Source: a virus
Taxonomy: Duplodnaviria > Caudoviricetes
IMG/VR virus record: IMGVR_UViG_3300014205_000188
Coordinates: 40,079-104,078 of that record
DNA: 64,000 nucleotides
Reading direction: 5' to 3' (one strand)
Every line of letters starts with the position of its first letter. Positions within the stretch are counted from its first letter, which is position 1. Position numbers and translations under genes: made by a program. Below the pieces are notes generated by a model that was given only the letters and a program-made list of their open reading frames with translations, ran no database searches and had not been told where the DNA came from. Below, piece by piece: positions 18,301-29,500 of the stretch.

Positions 18301-20555
18301 CATTCTGGTTCCCGTCCAAGGACGGACTTGCGGCAAAGAATCCGGCCAACACTCAATCCATTTGGAGTCTGGCTGCGGAGTACACCAACTACCAAGTCAC
18401 CTTCACTTCTGATCAAATGGGACTTCGTGTTGCTTTGGACGCTGTGCTGCAAAAGCAAGCGGCGGCGGAGTCCCAGTTGGCTATGTTGGAGAAGGCGGAG
18501 AGAGAACAACCCCGAGGGAAAGAGCAGAGTCTGCAAGGGCAAAAGGATCAACTGCGGCAAGTGATTCAAGGTCTGAAGAAAGAGGCCGAGCAGCACATGG
18601 CTCAGTTTGAGCAGACCAAGACCAACTTTGATACCGTCATGGGAGATGCTAACAAGGTGGGTGGTGTGGCTTTCTTCGCCGAGCTGGTTCAGAAAGCTGG
18701 AGAGCAATATTTCAAGCGGGGATCAGGAGTTGACCTAAACTCCTCGGCCACCTTGTTAGATCTTCTCTCCGATAAAAAGATCGGGATGTGTAGCGGGTCA
18801 GTGCCGGGTACCTACCGTTACTATTCAGCATCACATCCCAAGAAGGAACAGCAGGGTCAACCGATATACGGGATGAGAAAAACGGCAACGGTCAAGAGTA
18901 CAACCCTACAGAATCCTTTTCTGGATGACGGTTGGAAAGATCTGTTGGTTCCTACCTATGTGCCCACAAAAGAAATTCAGATACAAGAGGATGGAAACCT
19001 CCCTCAGGCGATGTTTGCCGACCGGCACCCTGTTTGGGGACTCAAGGTTCTGACAAACAGGGTGGCGGGTGGCGAGGTGGTTCCAACCAGTGAGATCCGT
19101 GAGCTGATGTTCTCCGTTCATGACGTAACCTTGTCCGCACCCAAGGTCAAAACGACGCATGGCTCTTTTACGGTGGACATGGGGGGCAGTGTCACGAGTT
19201 CCCTACGGGAAAGTCTGAATACCTTGGTCTCAAAGGCCAACCTTACTATGTCCCCTGCTGAAGTTTTTGGGCCCTGGGTTGTAAAGGTCTCATCGGCTTT
19301 GCGAGCTGCGGCCGATGAGGCCAACAAAGTGGGATCCGGGAATGGCGTGGGGATCGCGGGAGTAGACTTGCCCCAAGAGTTTCAGGTTCTAGGTGGGGTA
19401 TGGCCCTATGACGCCACCCTTGATATGTACCTTTTGGCTGATAACGAGAGTGGCCAAAGTGAATTGTTTGCGGGATCAAGTACGGTCATGTCCTCTCGTG
19501 TTTGGGAGGCCGCAGCTACCTGGCTGGCGGAGGAAATGACTAACCTGATCCGGGCGGAGAAAGATCTCTGGGTCGAGGGGATGGCGGGTTCACTGGACAC
19601 GGATGTCCAGTCCGAACGCCTGTCCACGATGGCCAAGACTTTTGGTGCTCAGTATGGAACGGAACCGGCTAAGGGTTCCGTTTCCACCAACACTTCAAAG
19701 CCACCCAAGAGTGCCCTCCCCGTTTACATGCCCGTTTTCCCGGTGTCTGACAGCAAGGGTTATCGGGTCGTGGGGTCCTATCGTTATGGACGGGACGTCA
19801 GTATTGACCCTGATGGGGTCTTTGACGTGCTCGCCAAACAGGACCCTTTGCTCATGTTGAGCCGGACCTTGGTGGAAGACGTCATTGAGGTTGTTCTCAA
19901 TGGTAAAGGGGTCTGGGTGGAGGAGGATGTTCCTGATTTGAAGTCACCCTCTGGCACTCCCGCAAAAAGAAGCCGCTACGTGACGGGACCAGCAGCAGCG
20001 CAAGAGGTTGAGCGTCGGGTTTTGTCCAGCTTGAGGGAACACTACTCAGACTCTCAGATCCTTGACCTTGGTGTGGCAAGGGCCACGAGTGACCCGACCA
20101 TACTGCAACTGAACCTGATGAACTGGTTTTCGGAGAAGAACAAGGATGGCGTGCACAAACTGCCCATTCTGAATGCTGGTTTCAGCATGGCCGAGTTGAC
20201 CACGGGTTTGATAGGAGCTACTTGCACATGCAAGGCCACTGAGGCTGACGTTCTATTGAGTGTTGCCTCCAGGGAGCGTTTTGTTGAGGTGTCCTCCTCA
20301 GGAGATAGTGTCGGGGCTCAGATGCCTTTGGCGTTGGGAAGCCGTGGCGTTGGGGATGTGACACGCAAGCTCATGGAGGAAGCGGTTATAGGGTCCATGG
20401 ATTGGAAAGCGTCACAAGATGCCCTTCGTGGGGTCAGAGACATCAGCAGAACCAGTTTGGTGACCGCATCCACGGATCTCCCCTCCGCTTTGAAAAATTG
20501 GCAGGCACAACAAGATGCCCTTGTTGCAACCTTGTCCTCCACTGAGGTGAAGTGA
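15351..20555 (+). CDS. Baseplate hub protein (gp27-like) with inserted N-acetylmuramoyl-L-alanine amidase domain and long C-terminal extension
   Basis: Hub motifs EVHVYMRG, FHGVVKSV, GFEFYQDVDGDFVFKPP, RPELRPGYPVYIP, SFSHSFS. Amidase_2 motifs IVLHES, HYIVDMDG, AHTG, GIEFVN, SHQQ, HADG. Confidence 0.75.
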   Translation: MGLEQRPYIGTWRMAQTKVVAHTPDALVYINGDISVPGCYKCHSKINIQPFVTSISVDAGTDAAAGSANISLVLPTHHHESLARDGQFLFYPGLEVHVYMRGYFPVKGLYSNLTTPRGVLKTDPVTGEQTIVPVTFQYSGQQGAIAEPETDTKKLGPPEKVTGFETYKRKEPITGIVLHESVSTSVTSTEKALQSGGNGVHYIVDMDGHAYMYYDPSEYVTAHTGAGVNTNATTVGIEFVNPYKPSKTSAGQTVLETPWAAGGKYVVPPAAQLEAGYAVVYQVGAKYGVPVVFPGATGDSFQMSGSGINGSGIRSHQQIGDHADGSFPALYMAIRARGYNPAEAYAAAVEAVKQGGKSVVLPPVKGYATAPSRVILDPKVAENMVRKVIRTEAQPSPEQSVLPEETEERINPEWGPSMLDELGLTNTDMDNLLAYPYYHTFHGVVKSVAYSWSAGSHQVTLACASMLYFWSYQQMSTMTSVLGARPQNSKARMSLQGHNFTGMHPYEIIYMLHYDTAGAAGGVAWHLQQKTNQTARSPITGESLFSLNLRYWQQRFNQREIKLRLHGASGGLFNTAQATFLSRLKGHQITSLLRQRYSGTARSGSGHILASSKTLGLMRPVGPGLRGKMIEYLNFGRTNAESPDSTKPSMELNLAEMISFVSNITEWGQVRLFEASYETKMEIAQKVCAVTGFEFYQDVDGDFVFKPPMYNLDTSSSRVYRIEDIDLISVNFEESEPNVTYMTGKGDFIKNLQGHGVEGEWGVQGQYIDYRLVAQYGWRAGNFEESYYSDSKSVFFAAMTRMDVLNAPAQSATVTIPLRPELRPGYPVYIPYLDCFYYCPSFSHSFSVGGQCSTTLQLTAKRSKFFAPGDPSRIQRSQSAGGVTGGIDAIQLGDTALPPMPLSVQGSDGQPRLSGFPNVVMALDPTTINPLFLLVGSDVGDLNSYEALSGLMRMAVDLNILTVKDKGNPGPEYVMMTDEGSQITFWFPSKDGLAAKNPANTQSIWSLAAEYTNYQVTFTSDQMGLRVALDAVLQKQAAAESQLAMLEKAEREQPRGKEQSLQGQKDQLRQVIQGLKKEAEQHMAQFEQTKTNFDTVMGDANKVGGVAFFAELVQKAGEQYFKRGSGVDLNSSATLLDLLSDKKIGMCSGSVPGTYRYYSASHPKKEQQGQPIYGMRKTATVKSTTLQNPFLDDGWKDLLVPTYVPTKEIQIQEDGNLPQAMFADRHPVWGLKVLTNRVAGGEVVPTSEIRELMFSVHDVTLSAPKVKTTHGSFTVDMGGSVTSSLRESLNTLVSKANLTMSPAEVFGPWVVKVSSALRAAADEANKVGSGNGVGIAGVDLPQEFQVLGGVWPYDATLDMYLLADNESGQSELFAGSSTVMSSRVWEAAATWLAEEMTNLIRAEKDLWVEGMAGSLDTDVQSERLSTMAKTFGAQYGTEPAKGSVSTNTSKPPKSALPVYMPVFPVSDSKGYRVVGSYRYGRDVSIDPDGVFDVLAKQDPLLMLSRTLVEDVIEVVLNGKGVWVEEDVPDLKSPSGTPAKRSRYVTGPAAAQEVERRVLSSLREHYSDSQILDLGVARATSDPTILQLNLMNWFSEKNKDGVHKLPILNAGFSMAELTTGLIGATCTCKATEADVLLSVASRERFVEVSSSGDSVGAQMPLALGSRGVGDVTRKLMEEAVIGSMDWKASQDALRGVRDISRTSLVTASTDLPSALKNWQAQQDALVATLSSTEVK

Positions 20556-22957
20556 TGCCAGACACAATCCGGTATCTGGGTCGAGCACATCCCCATGGTC
20601 CGGGACAGACCCGTGGGGCTCTTCGTATCACTTCACTGAAGTCGAAGACCGATCTTGCTCGGATGAACCCGGATAACAACCCGGGGCTGGGTCTAGCTCG
20701 AGTGGTCACCATCGATTACGAAGGATTCCTGGTTACTTTGCGGACCATTTCCGGTGCCTCTCAGATGTTTCAGCGGGTTCCGGTGCCCTTGACTTTTCCT
20801 GGTGCCGGAGCCCGTCACTTTTTCGGTTCCATGCCCACTGTGGGGGACACTTGCATCATCGGTTGGATGCACCAAAGTTCCAGTGAGGGGAGCAACACAA
20901 AGACTCCCGTAATTCTAGGGTGGGTCGTGCCTGGTCTTTGGCCTGGTCGAGATTGGGTCACAACCGCTGAGATGCCTGCCGACGAATTTGACCCCGGTCA
21001 TGGTGAGAGGAAATACTGGGAAGGTTCCTTTGACCGAGTACGTCACAAGCTTCGGCATCTTCAACCCGGAAACATTGTGGGGTCCTCGGCACAGGGTGCA
21101 GACCTTGTCCTTGACGAGGGTGTGACCCTCTCAAATCGTCGTGGCAACGAGTTCAAACTGAGGGACCAAGACCAGGCAGCCATTCTTCGGGCTCTGCAAC
21201 AGTTCACGGCTCTGGCTGGTGCTCGGATCTATGCGGGGATGGTGCAACGAGACGCAACTTTCCTGCCCACCAAAGTGGTCTCGGATGGGAAACTCTGGGA
21301 CGACGGCCTACAAGCCGCTGCCGGGTTACCTCTCCCGGACTCGGTTCTTCCCCCAGACCCGGATGCACCACGTGGCTATCTGACCCCGAGTGCAAACCTA
21401 CATCGCAGCAGAGACGGTCAAGACCTAACCCGCAGCTTGTTGCCCGTGAACCCTTACCTAGATCCCTATCAGTTTTTGAAACGAGGTGGGTTCCTAAACG
21501 AGTTCGGGTACGTGGTAGATGACAAGCATCAGGCCGATGCCGTGTATGGGGGTAAACCTCTTTTTCGTGTGTCCTCTCAGGGTACCTCCAATGCGGTGAC
21601 GAGCCCCGATATGGCCACGCTCACGGAGTACCGACTTGAGGTGACGCACACATCCGACGGGCGTTTGCCAGTCACCGACCAGACGGACATGTTCGATGCC
21701 GAGCGCCTTCCGGGTCAGGATGCGGGGCAATCTCCTAACGTTCCTTTCATCGAATGGGTTTTGGGATCCGTGGTGGGGAATGACCCCTTCTCACAAGATG
21801 GGAGGCCCAAGTACGGGCTTCCCATGGTGGCTCGGGTCTTTGACGGTTCAACCCCCAGCCCTCGGCTAGAGGCCGCAAGATTGGCCCTTGTGGGGGGAGG
21901 GGCGAACCCAACGCCCATGGCAGAGCAAGCTGCCACGTTGTTTCGACTGACGCCTCCCGGTGGCGGGGATACCACTTTCGTGTCCTACAACAAGAAGGGT
22001 CAGTTGAGAGCCTCCATTGGTGGGGATCCCGAAGGGATTGCCGCTGAGGTGTTTCTGAACGGTGGGTTGAAGCTGGGGATCCTTGGTGGGATGCAACTGT
22101 TCCTAGCGGGGGAGACGTCTTTTGGTACCTCGGGCAAGGCCACCATGTCCGTGGGGTCGGAAAAAGGTGGGGTGAGGATTTTTGGTGGCGGTTCCATGCA
22201 AGGAACAGAGTCCGCCCAGGAGTCACTGATCGGAACCGACGGTGGAGCAGGGGACAGTCCCGCTGTGGATATTGAGGCCGCCACCAACATGCGTCTCAGG
22301 GCTCAGAAGAAGGTTCTTGTCAAGGGGCAGCATGTGGAGGTCAATGCCTCCCAAATCAACCTGTTGGGGCATGACTCCATATCCGTTGATGGTGTCCAAA
22401 GGACCTCCATCTCCACCGAGAGTTTTCAGTTGTCCGTGAATGGGAAGAGTCAGGAGAGTTACGGTGGCCCCAAGTACATGCTGCCGACCAATTTTCCTCT
22501 TCATGAGAGGACCTACGCCCCGTCTTTGCCAGGTTACGTGAGTGAAAAGGTCACCTACATCGCAGGTGACCGGGAAGAGACTTTCAGGTTGGGTAACCAC
22601 AAGACCACGGTCTTGGTAGGCAATTTACAGTACGAAACAGATCAGGGCACTTGGTCTGCTCGAGCAGTGGGTAGCCACCTCAAGATGGGGACCAGCGGAA
22701 TTGAGGGCACGGCACAAACGGGGACCATCACACTGACGGCCAATGCCGGTGAGGCCTCCATGACAGGCGTCTCCGTCAGTCTGGTAGCGACGGGTGGTGT
22801 TGCGACCCTCAAGGGAACCTCTGGGGTATATTTGGGTGGTCCCGTTGTGGGTCCAGACTCCGGGCCTCTGATTTGTGCTGGTTCTCTTGACCCCTTAACA
22901 GGACTCCCTTTTGGGACATGGGGCATGGGGGCAAAGAACCACATCGTCGGGAGTTGA
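20555..22957 (+). CDS. Baseplate central spike protein (gp5/gpV-like OB fold plus beta-strand repeats)
   Basis: ARVVTIDYEG..VTLR...MPTVGDTCIIGW is the gp5/gpV OB-fold pattern. The C-terminal third is short Gly/Ser/Thr-rich strands. Follows the hub with TGATG coupling. Confidence 0.65.
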   Translation: MPDTIRYLGRAHPHGPGQTRGALRITSLKSKTDLARMNPDNNPGLGLARVVTIDYEGFLVTLRTISGASQMFQRVPVPLTFPGAGARHFFGSMPTVGDTCIIGWMHQSSSEGSNTKTPVILGWVVPGLWPGRDWVTTAEMPADEFDPGHGERKYWEGSFDRVRHKLRHLQPGNIVGSSAQGADLVLDEGVTLSNRRGNEFKLRDQDQAAILRALQQFTALAGARIYAGMVQRDATFLPTKVVSDGKLWDDGLQAAAGLPLPDSVLPPDPDAPRGYLTPSANLHRSRDGQDLTRSLLPVNPYLDPYQFLKRGGFLNEFGYVVDDKHQADAVYGGKPLFRVSSQGTSNAVTSPDMATLTEYRLEVTHTSDGRLPVTDQTDMFDAERLPGQDAGQSPNVPFIEWVLGSVVGNDPFSQDGRPKYGLPMVARVFDGSTPSPRLEAARLALVGGGANPTPMAEQAATLFRLTPPGGGDTTFVSYNKKGQLRASIGGDPEGIAAEVFLNGGLKLGILGGMQLFLAGETSFGTSGKATMSVGSEKGGVRIFGGGSMQGTESAQESLIGTDGGAGDSPAVDIEAATNMRLRAQKKVLVKGQHVEVNASQINLLGHDSISVDGVQRTSISTESFQLSVNGKSQESYGGPKYMLPTNFPLHERTYAPSLPGYVSEKVTYIAGDREETFRLGNHKTTVLVGNLQYETDQGTWSARAVGSHLKMGTSGIEGTAQTGTITLTANAGEASMTGVSVSLVATGGVATLKGTSGVYLGGPVVGPDSGPLICAGSLDPLTGLPFGTWGMGAKNHIVGS

Positions 22958-22963
22958 TCTGCT

Positions 22964-23572
22964 ATGGCCTTGACAACGGATCTTCTCTATGGGTCTCTCC
23001 TGCAGGCGAGAACCTCCGGTGCCCATGCGCTCTTGGGGGTCAAGTATGAGGACCTCGCCCGCGGTTTTGCGAATGCTTTTTTGCTTTGGTCTCAGTCTCC
23101 TACCAACCTAGCCCTTGCAGGTTACTCGACGGGGCTAGCAGGAACGGGTGGGATCGTTACAACCATGAGCAGGCTAACGATCCCACTGAATGTTTCAGCC
23201 ATGCTTTCTGCCCTATTGGGCGCAGGAGTAGGAGGCCCACAGGCCTCCTCTCTTGCCACAGTCATGACATCGGGTGTGGCTTCCTGCCTCAACCAATACG
23301 GTCAGTATGCAGGCGTTTCCACTGGTGTTGGGTCTGGGTCCGACGTGTCCACTTTTACGGTACTCAATGCCGCCTCCCTGACGGGTATTCTGACCATGAC
23401 CTGGTCGTCCATTTTCGGGACCTTGGGGGCAAGCATGCCAATGATGGCTCGAGGTTTGAGTGTCGGGGTAGCCCAGTTGTTGGCTTTGGGTGTGGGCAAT
23501 GCCCCCGTTCTTGGTGTAACGTCCGTGCCCCCTCTCGCCGCGGTGGGAACCACAATGTCTAGGGTGGTGTGA
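22964..23572 (+). CDS. Gly/Ala-rich hydrophobic protein downstream of the spike
   Basis: 202 aa, very few charged residues, coupled to the next gene. Confidence 0.7.
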   Translation: MALTTDLLYGSLLQARTSGAHALLGVKYEDLARGFANAFLLWSQSPTNLALAGYSTGLAGTGGIVTTMSRLTIPLNVSAMLSALLGAGVGGPQASSLATVMTSGVASCLNQYGQYAGVSTGVGSGSDVSTFTVLNAASLTGILTMTWSSIFGTLGASMPMMARGLSVGVAQLLALGVGNAPVLGVTSVPPLAAVGTTMSRVV

Positions 23573-26500
23573 TGGATCCCTCTTTTTCAGGTCATGTTCT
23601 CAGGGGCACAACCCTTGCGCCCAGTAATGCTCCCACCACCGGGGAACCAGAGACGGGTGTTCTTCGTGGTTTGGAGACCGTGCCCTCGGCTTTTCTCTAT
23701 GCCACCGAAGCCCCTGACTTTGTAGACGTGGATGCAGAAAGGTACAGGGCTGGTGTCCTTGAGGCTCCGGGGACCACCCCCGTCGAGTATCTGGTCTGGG
23801 CCCAGAATTCAGCCTCCCTTGCTTGGGTCGAGAATCCCGACTGGTGGCTTGAGGACGGAACAGCCACTTTTGTCCCAGGCTCTTTGAATGTGACACACGC
23901 CATTACGGGCGACGTCCTAACCGACGGGTCCACCCGGTGTACGGTTTTGGACGGTGGTGTTAGGTCCTTGGGTTCTGTTTTAGCCCTTGTGATCGCCAGA
24001 GGGGACGTAGAGTACGACGACAACGGCTGGAAGAACCCAGAAGTTGTGGACCCCTCTTTGTCCCCAGGTGGAGAACCCAGAAAAGGCGATCTGCCCTTTT
24101 TGACCCTCGTGGTTCTACCAGAGAACACAAATCTTGTGTCAGGGCAAGTGTTTCTCACGGACTCTCAGTTGGCCTCGTTGGGCGGTGGTTTTTCCCCCCT
24201 GCGTGGCGACCAGGTAGTCACGGTCCGCTATACACTGGCTCCGTCTAAGTTCTGGTGGACACGAAATGACAGGTACGAGACTCGGTTTGGATGGAACGGG
24301 GTCACCAGACGTTGGGGGCCCTACAAGGGGAGTACACCCACGTTGTTGGGTTTGGTGCAAGAGAACCAGACTTGGACGCTGAATCCGCCACCTAAAAGTC
24401 TGCCCGTCGGGTCTTATCTGCCGGGGGACTCTTTGTTCCCGGATCGTTACTCCATGTTGCGGGTGGGCTTGACCCCGGGGGCAAACAGTGTCCCCTTGGA
24501 CTCCGTGCGGGTCAAAAGTGACGCTGAGGTGGAATCCTTCGACTTCACCTTGGATCCTAGTGCTTTGGCGGTGGTGGGGCAGGCTTCGGGCAAGTTGGTA
24601 CTCAGCCCCTCTTTTCTGACGGGCCATCTGGGGCAAGCCCTTTGGTTCTCCCCTAAGAGTTTCAGCCCCGACTCCAAGGGTGACCTGGGACTCATGTTGG
24701 GAGCAGATACCACCCCGCTCTACCTGTGCCCCGTCCCGGGTCCCACTGACCACCCGATGCTGCACTTTGGCAACAGAGCACCCTTGACCCCTGTTTTGTT
24801 GGCCACGGATCTGGCACTGGACTCTCTAGTTGCCGTGTTGCCCGGAACGGTTGCCATCTCCATGTCCACCGGGAAGTTGCGTTTTTGCCCCGAGGACCTC
24901 TACCGAGCAGACCCGGCACGACCAACCTTCAGCAAACATTTTCTAGGCGAGAGAGTCTATTTCAGGGGCACCGCTTTGAATGCCCAGCCCCAGCCAACCA
25001 GGGCTCCTGTGCGTTTGTTGGACGAGTCAGGCGACCCCGGTGTAGCTACCAGTTCCGAGCTGTACATTCCTGATGGGTACACTCTAGCCCGAGAGTTCCT
25101 CTCCTTGGATCCAAGAAGAGGTTTGGGTGTGTCCGGTGTTCTGGACCTTCCCGATGGTACGGGGACGGTACCCAATTCCCCGGGGACAGAGGCGTCACTC
25201 CGTCCTGGTGGAGACACCGTTGGGGCCCAGAATTTGGGTCGAGTGAGGAGTGTTCTAGCCCCTTTTGGCGATTCCTTCCTGTTTACCCGAGGCGGAGCCC
25301 TTGAGGCTTTGGACCTGGTTCTCCTGGCTAAGAATCTCCCCTCGAGTCGTAAGATCAAGGGTGGTCGTGCCTCCGTAGCCCAAGAGAAGAGCACCTTTGG
25401 GTCCAAGGCAGTCATCGGTCGAGCGGACCGCAAGAAATTTGGGGCCCAAGCGGTCTACTTTTTGCAGGCTGCTCTGACCCCTGCCTTGTACACAGAGACC
25501 CCTGTCCTGTATTCCAGGGTTCGAGATCTGTTTAGGTTCTCGGGAACTGAGGTCTTCCACTTTGCGTTGGACGGTGTGGCCTATCAGTGGTCTGCTAGTG
25601 CCTTAGACCAGTCGGTTCCATACTTCACGGCTGAGGAGGTCGCCTCATCCCTTCAGACCTCCACCGTGCCAGCTCTTCCGGGTGGGTCTTGCTCAGGGTT
25701 GGGGGGTCGAGTTGGGTTGCATGGCATCACGTCGGTGGAGATCGGGTATGGGCTAGGTGGGACTCTTGATCTTTCTGGCTGTGCCTCTTTGGGTTTCCTT
25801 CCCGGTTGGCGAGCTGAGTCTGGTGTCCCAAACTGGCTCCCCGACTCAGGAGTCTCATTGGGGTTGCATCGGAGCCCTCTGAATCTGGATCGCAGTTCCG
25901 CAATCCCGGACTTCAAGGCTGTAGATCGGGTGACCGACCTGGTGCTACAGGAAAACGTCACGTCCATGCCTTTTGTCTTTTTGGACCAGGCCCCCTTGCA
26001 AGATGTCGCAGGGTTTGACGTGGATGTTTTCTTCTACCTTCGCTCTTTGACAGTTGACGGGGATGAAGTTTCCTACCAGCAGAAACCCCTCGAGCATTAC
26101 CAGGACATCGTCCATCGTTTTGCGGACAGGAAGTTCGACTGGGTGGAATGGCTGTCCAACGATGTCACCCTAGGTCAAAAAACATCCACCTTGAATTTAG
26201 GTGGTCCGAACCTTGTACCCGAGTCCTATGCCGTCGGCGGTGGTTTGTCCGTAGCTGAGATGGGAGGTTATCTCCAGGATGCTGGAGTCAACGAATACAT
26301 TCTGCCTCAACAGGGTGTGCCCGGCATTGCTACTTTGGTGACTCGTTACGGAGCATCCGTTGCCTCTGGGTCCAGGGGGCAAGTCACAGGATCCTCCGTT
26401 TTTTCTGACCCTGATGCCCACTTCCTAGCCTCCGGTGTGCAAGCTGGGTTCAAGCTCCAGTTGAAGAGTGGAGACCCCGCTGGGTTTTACCGGGTGGAGG

Positions 26501-29500
26501 AGGTGCTAGGAGAGACTCAAGTTAGGGTTGCCCCCGAAATGTTGTCCTCCAGTGTCCCATTGACTTGGGAGCTATATACGGGGTTCCCGGCCTCCGTCTT
26601 TGATCCCTCGCTGGTGGCTGATGTCCAGTACAAACCGTTTCAACATCTGCTGACGGATCCATTCACAGTCCGAGTCTTGCACCCAATGGGTGTAGTCCTC
26701 GCCTCTATGACGGATCGTCCCCATGCGGATCTGACCGAGGCTCTGATTTTAGGTCGAGATCTGGAACTTCGTTTTGGGTTGGTACATCAGAGTGGGGCGA
26801 CCGTCACCCCGTTGGCCGAGGCCCACGAGTTGGGCGGGTTGGCCAACGACGTGTTGGTGCTGGAGGACTCAACACGGGTGGATCAAGGTTCCTTTGCTCT
26901 TCAAATCGGGACCGAGGTGTTCTCTGGTTCCGAGCTGGTGGGTGTCTCCAATTTCAGCCCCGTGGTGATTGGGGTTGAGTATCTGACGCAAAGCTGGCTG
27001 GGGTTGCCCAAGGGAACCCTTCGCTTCAGCTCTGGGATCTTGTCCTCTCTGAGTGGGGCCAGCGTCTTCTATCGCGAGTTGTTCCGAGATCCTTCTGCCT
27101 TGACCTTGACAGAAGCTGAAATTGACTCGGGAGGTTACTTGAATCTCTCGAGTGTGGCCATGACCACCTATGCAGGCCAGTCCCTGTATGTGGCTGAGCG
27201 CTTGGTGACTGAGAATCACCGAGACGTTCATACCAGCCCCCAGTCAGGATCTTTTTCCCCCAATGCCCCGCTGAAAAGGGGTTCCATCATGGAGGTGGAA
27301 TACTGGAGGGCAGACTTGGAGGGTCGGCGTATTGGGGACAAGGTGGTGGAGTTCCTTCCCGTCCGGGTGCGCAAAGAAACAGCTACCAGGACATCTGCGA
27401 ATGTCTACCAGTTCAATTCAACCGCACAGACAGTGGTTTCTTCCTCCGATCCCGACGTATGGGTCGGAACACTTCTCCAGAACTTTGGACGGACGGACTT
27501 CCTGATTGACTACCCCTCGGGATGGGGTGGCAAGGGGCGGATCACCTTCACGGGGAAGTTGGTCGACGCTACCTCTCCGGTGAGCGTTTCCTATTCGGTT
27601 CTGGAGGCTCAGGGTGGAGAACGTTCCTACGCCGTGAGTCAACAGAATGTGTACAGTCCCCCATTCTACGTGAAGGCTAGTCAAAGTCGTTTTGGTCTGC
27701 GTGGAAATCGCACCGCTGACTTTGTGAGCGGACAGTTGTTGCGTATCGGCGAGGACTGTTTCTACGTTAAGGGTCTCCGATACTTCCCTGCAAGTGGCAC
27801 TGGGGGCGACGTCACAGAAGTTTCCTTCTACCCTCCAACGACCACTGAGGTGGGCAGTCGTTCTCCGGGTAATGACGTGTTGACCTTGATCACGGACAGG
27901 CCCCTGACTCCAGTGGTTGACCCCGACGGGTTAGCCCCTTTGAACACGACTGCGGATGCGGGGTTGATGTCAACCCTGGACATCAACCTGTTCCCCTTTG
28001 AGAATGTGGCTCGGGGACAGAAGACGATTCAGTTCAAGGGTGACCTTTTGGCCTTTGCGCTCCCCGGCCACATCTTGGAGCTTGGTGGTTGCCCCTACAC
28101 AGTGGCCTCTTCGGGCCTAACCCCGGATGGGACAGGAACTTGGGTGACCGTGACAGGAAGTTTCGGCCGTGCCTTTGATGTCCTCACGTCTCCCACTTTG
28201 AGACTGTCCTATCGTCCCGTGTATCCACCGAGCACCCGAGACTTTATGGGTGTGGGTCCAGTTCTAACCACTGAACCCGTGTTCCTAATCCTTTTTGGAG
28301 ACACCCAGAACGGTGTTGAGATTCCGGGTCGTTTGTTGGTTCCTGGGGTTGACTATTCTTTGGCCTGGGACTCCGGGGCCCTTTCCCTACTGTCACCATC
28401 TCGAGCACCATTGTCCGAGGGTCAGAGTTTGGTGCTCCTCTACACGCAAACCAGGGCCATGCAGCCCCAGATGCGTGGTGGGGTCCTCGTCAATCCTCGT
28501 TTTCATAGCGAGTTCCTGGCTGGAACAAGTCCGTCAGGGGACAATGGCCGATTGGGTGCGACCTTGTCGGCCACCTATACCTTTGCTAGCCCGGACAGCT
28601 TCTATTTCCGAGCCGTCAAATTGAGTCAGTTCATGGGTGAGGTAGCTCAGGAGGCAACGCAGGAAATCACGGCCCAACGGCCTGCGGGGTCTTTCAATAC
28701 CTCCATCTCTGGTACTCAGAATTGGAAGCAAGGTGTGTTGGGGCCCAAGGCTCGACGTCAACATCTGCATGACGTTGACCGCGTGGCTCGTTCTTTCCTT
28801 TCCTTCTACAATGACGCCACATCTGCTTTTGAGCAGGTCCAAGAAACGATCTCTGGTGGCTTTGTTGGCGACAGAGACGGTAAATTCCGGTTCTGGGTAG
28901 GACGAGATGCCAACTACCCTACCCCAGGCTATGAGGATGCTATCACGGGTGTCCTCAATCCTCGTTTCGTTTGGTCTGATGTGATGAACGCCGATCGTTC
29001 AGTGCCACTTTTCGTGGGACCCGAAGATTGGGTTGTTTCTCCCAAGTCAGCCAAGTTGGTGGACTCCGAGTTGGAAGGGACTTTCCTCGACCCCTCCAAA
29101 CTGGCTACCTTGATCTCAAGCCAACAAAAGCTCGTCCGAAACGATGTGGATGACCAGGTTCTGTTGCGTCTAGGGAAAGCCACCCCCCGGCGCATCCCCC
29201 AGATGCCTTACTTTGAGTTTCGGGCTCAAGGTGTTACGGGATGCATGTCCGATCAGCATGGTCTCTCTCGCTTGTTCCCGACACAGACCAAGGCTTTTTT
29301 CCGCACCCTTCCTGGTGCTGGAGCCCAGTTGGAGAGTGGCGGGGCTTTCTCCCCCGGGGTCTACACATCGGGACGAGAGATTGCAGGTCAGTGGGCTCGC
29401 ACCACTGGCCAACAAATCGGGCAACTCAGCAATCCGGCCATGGGCCCGATTGAAAATGTCAGCTCGGCCAACTTGACCGCTCGACGGGCTCGGGCCCGTA

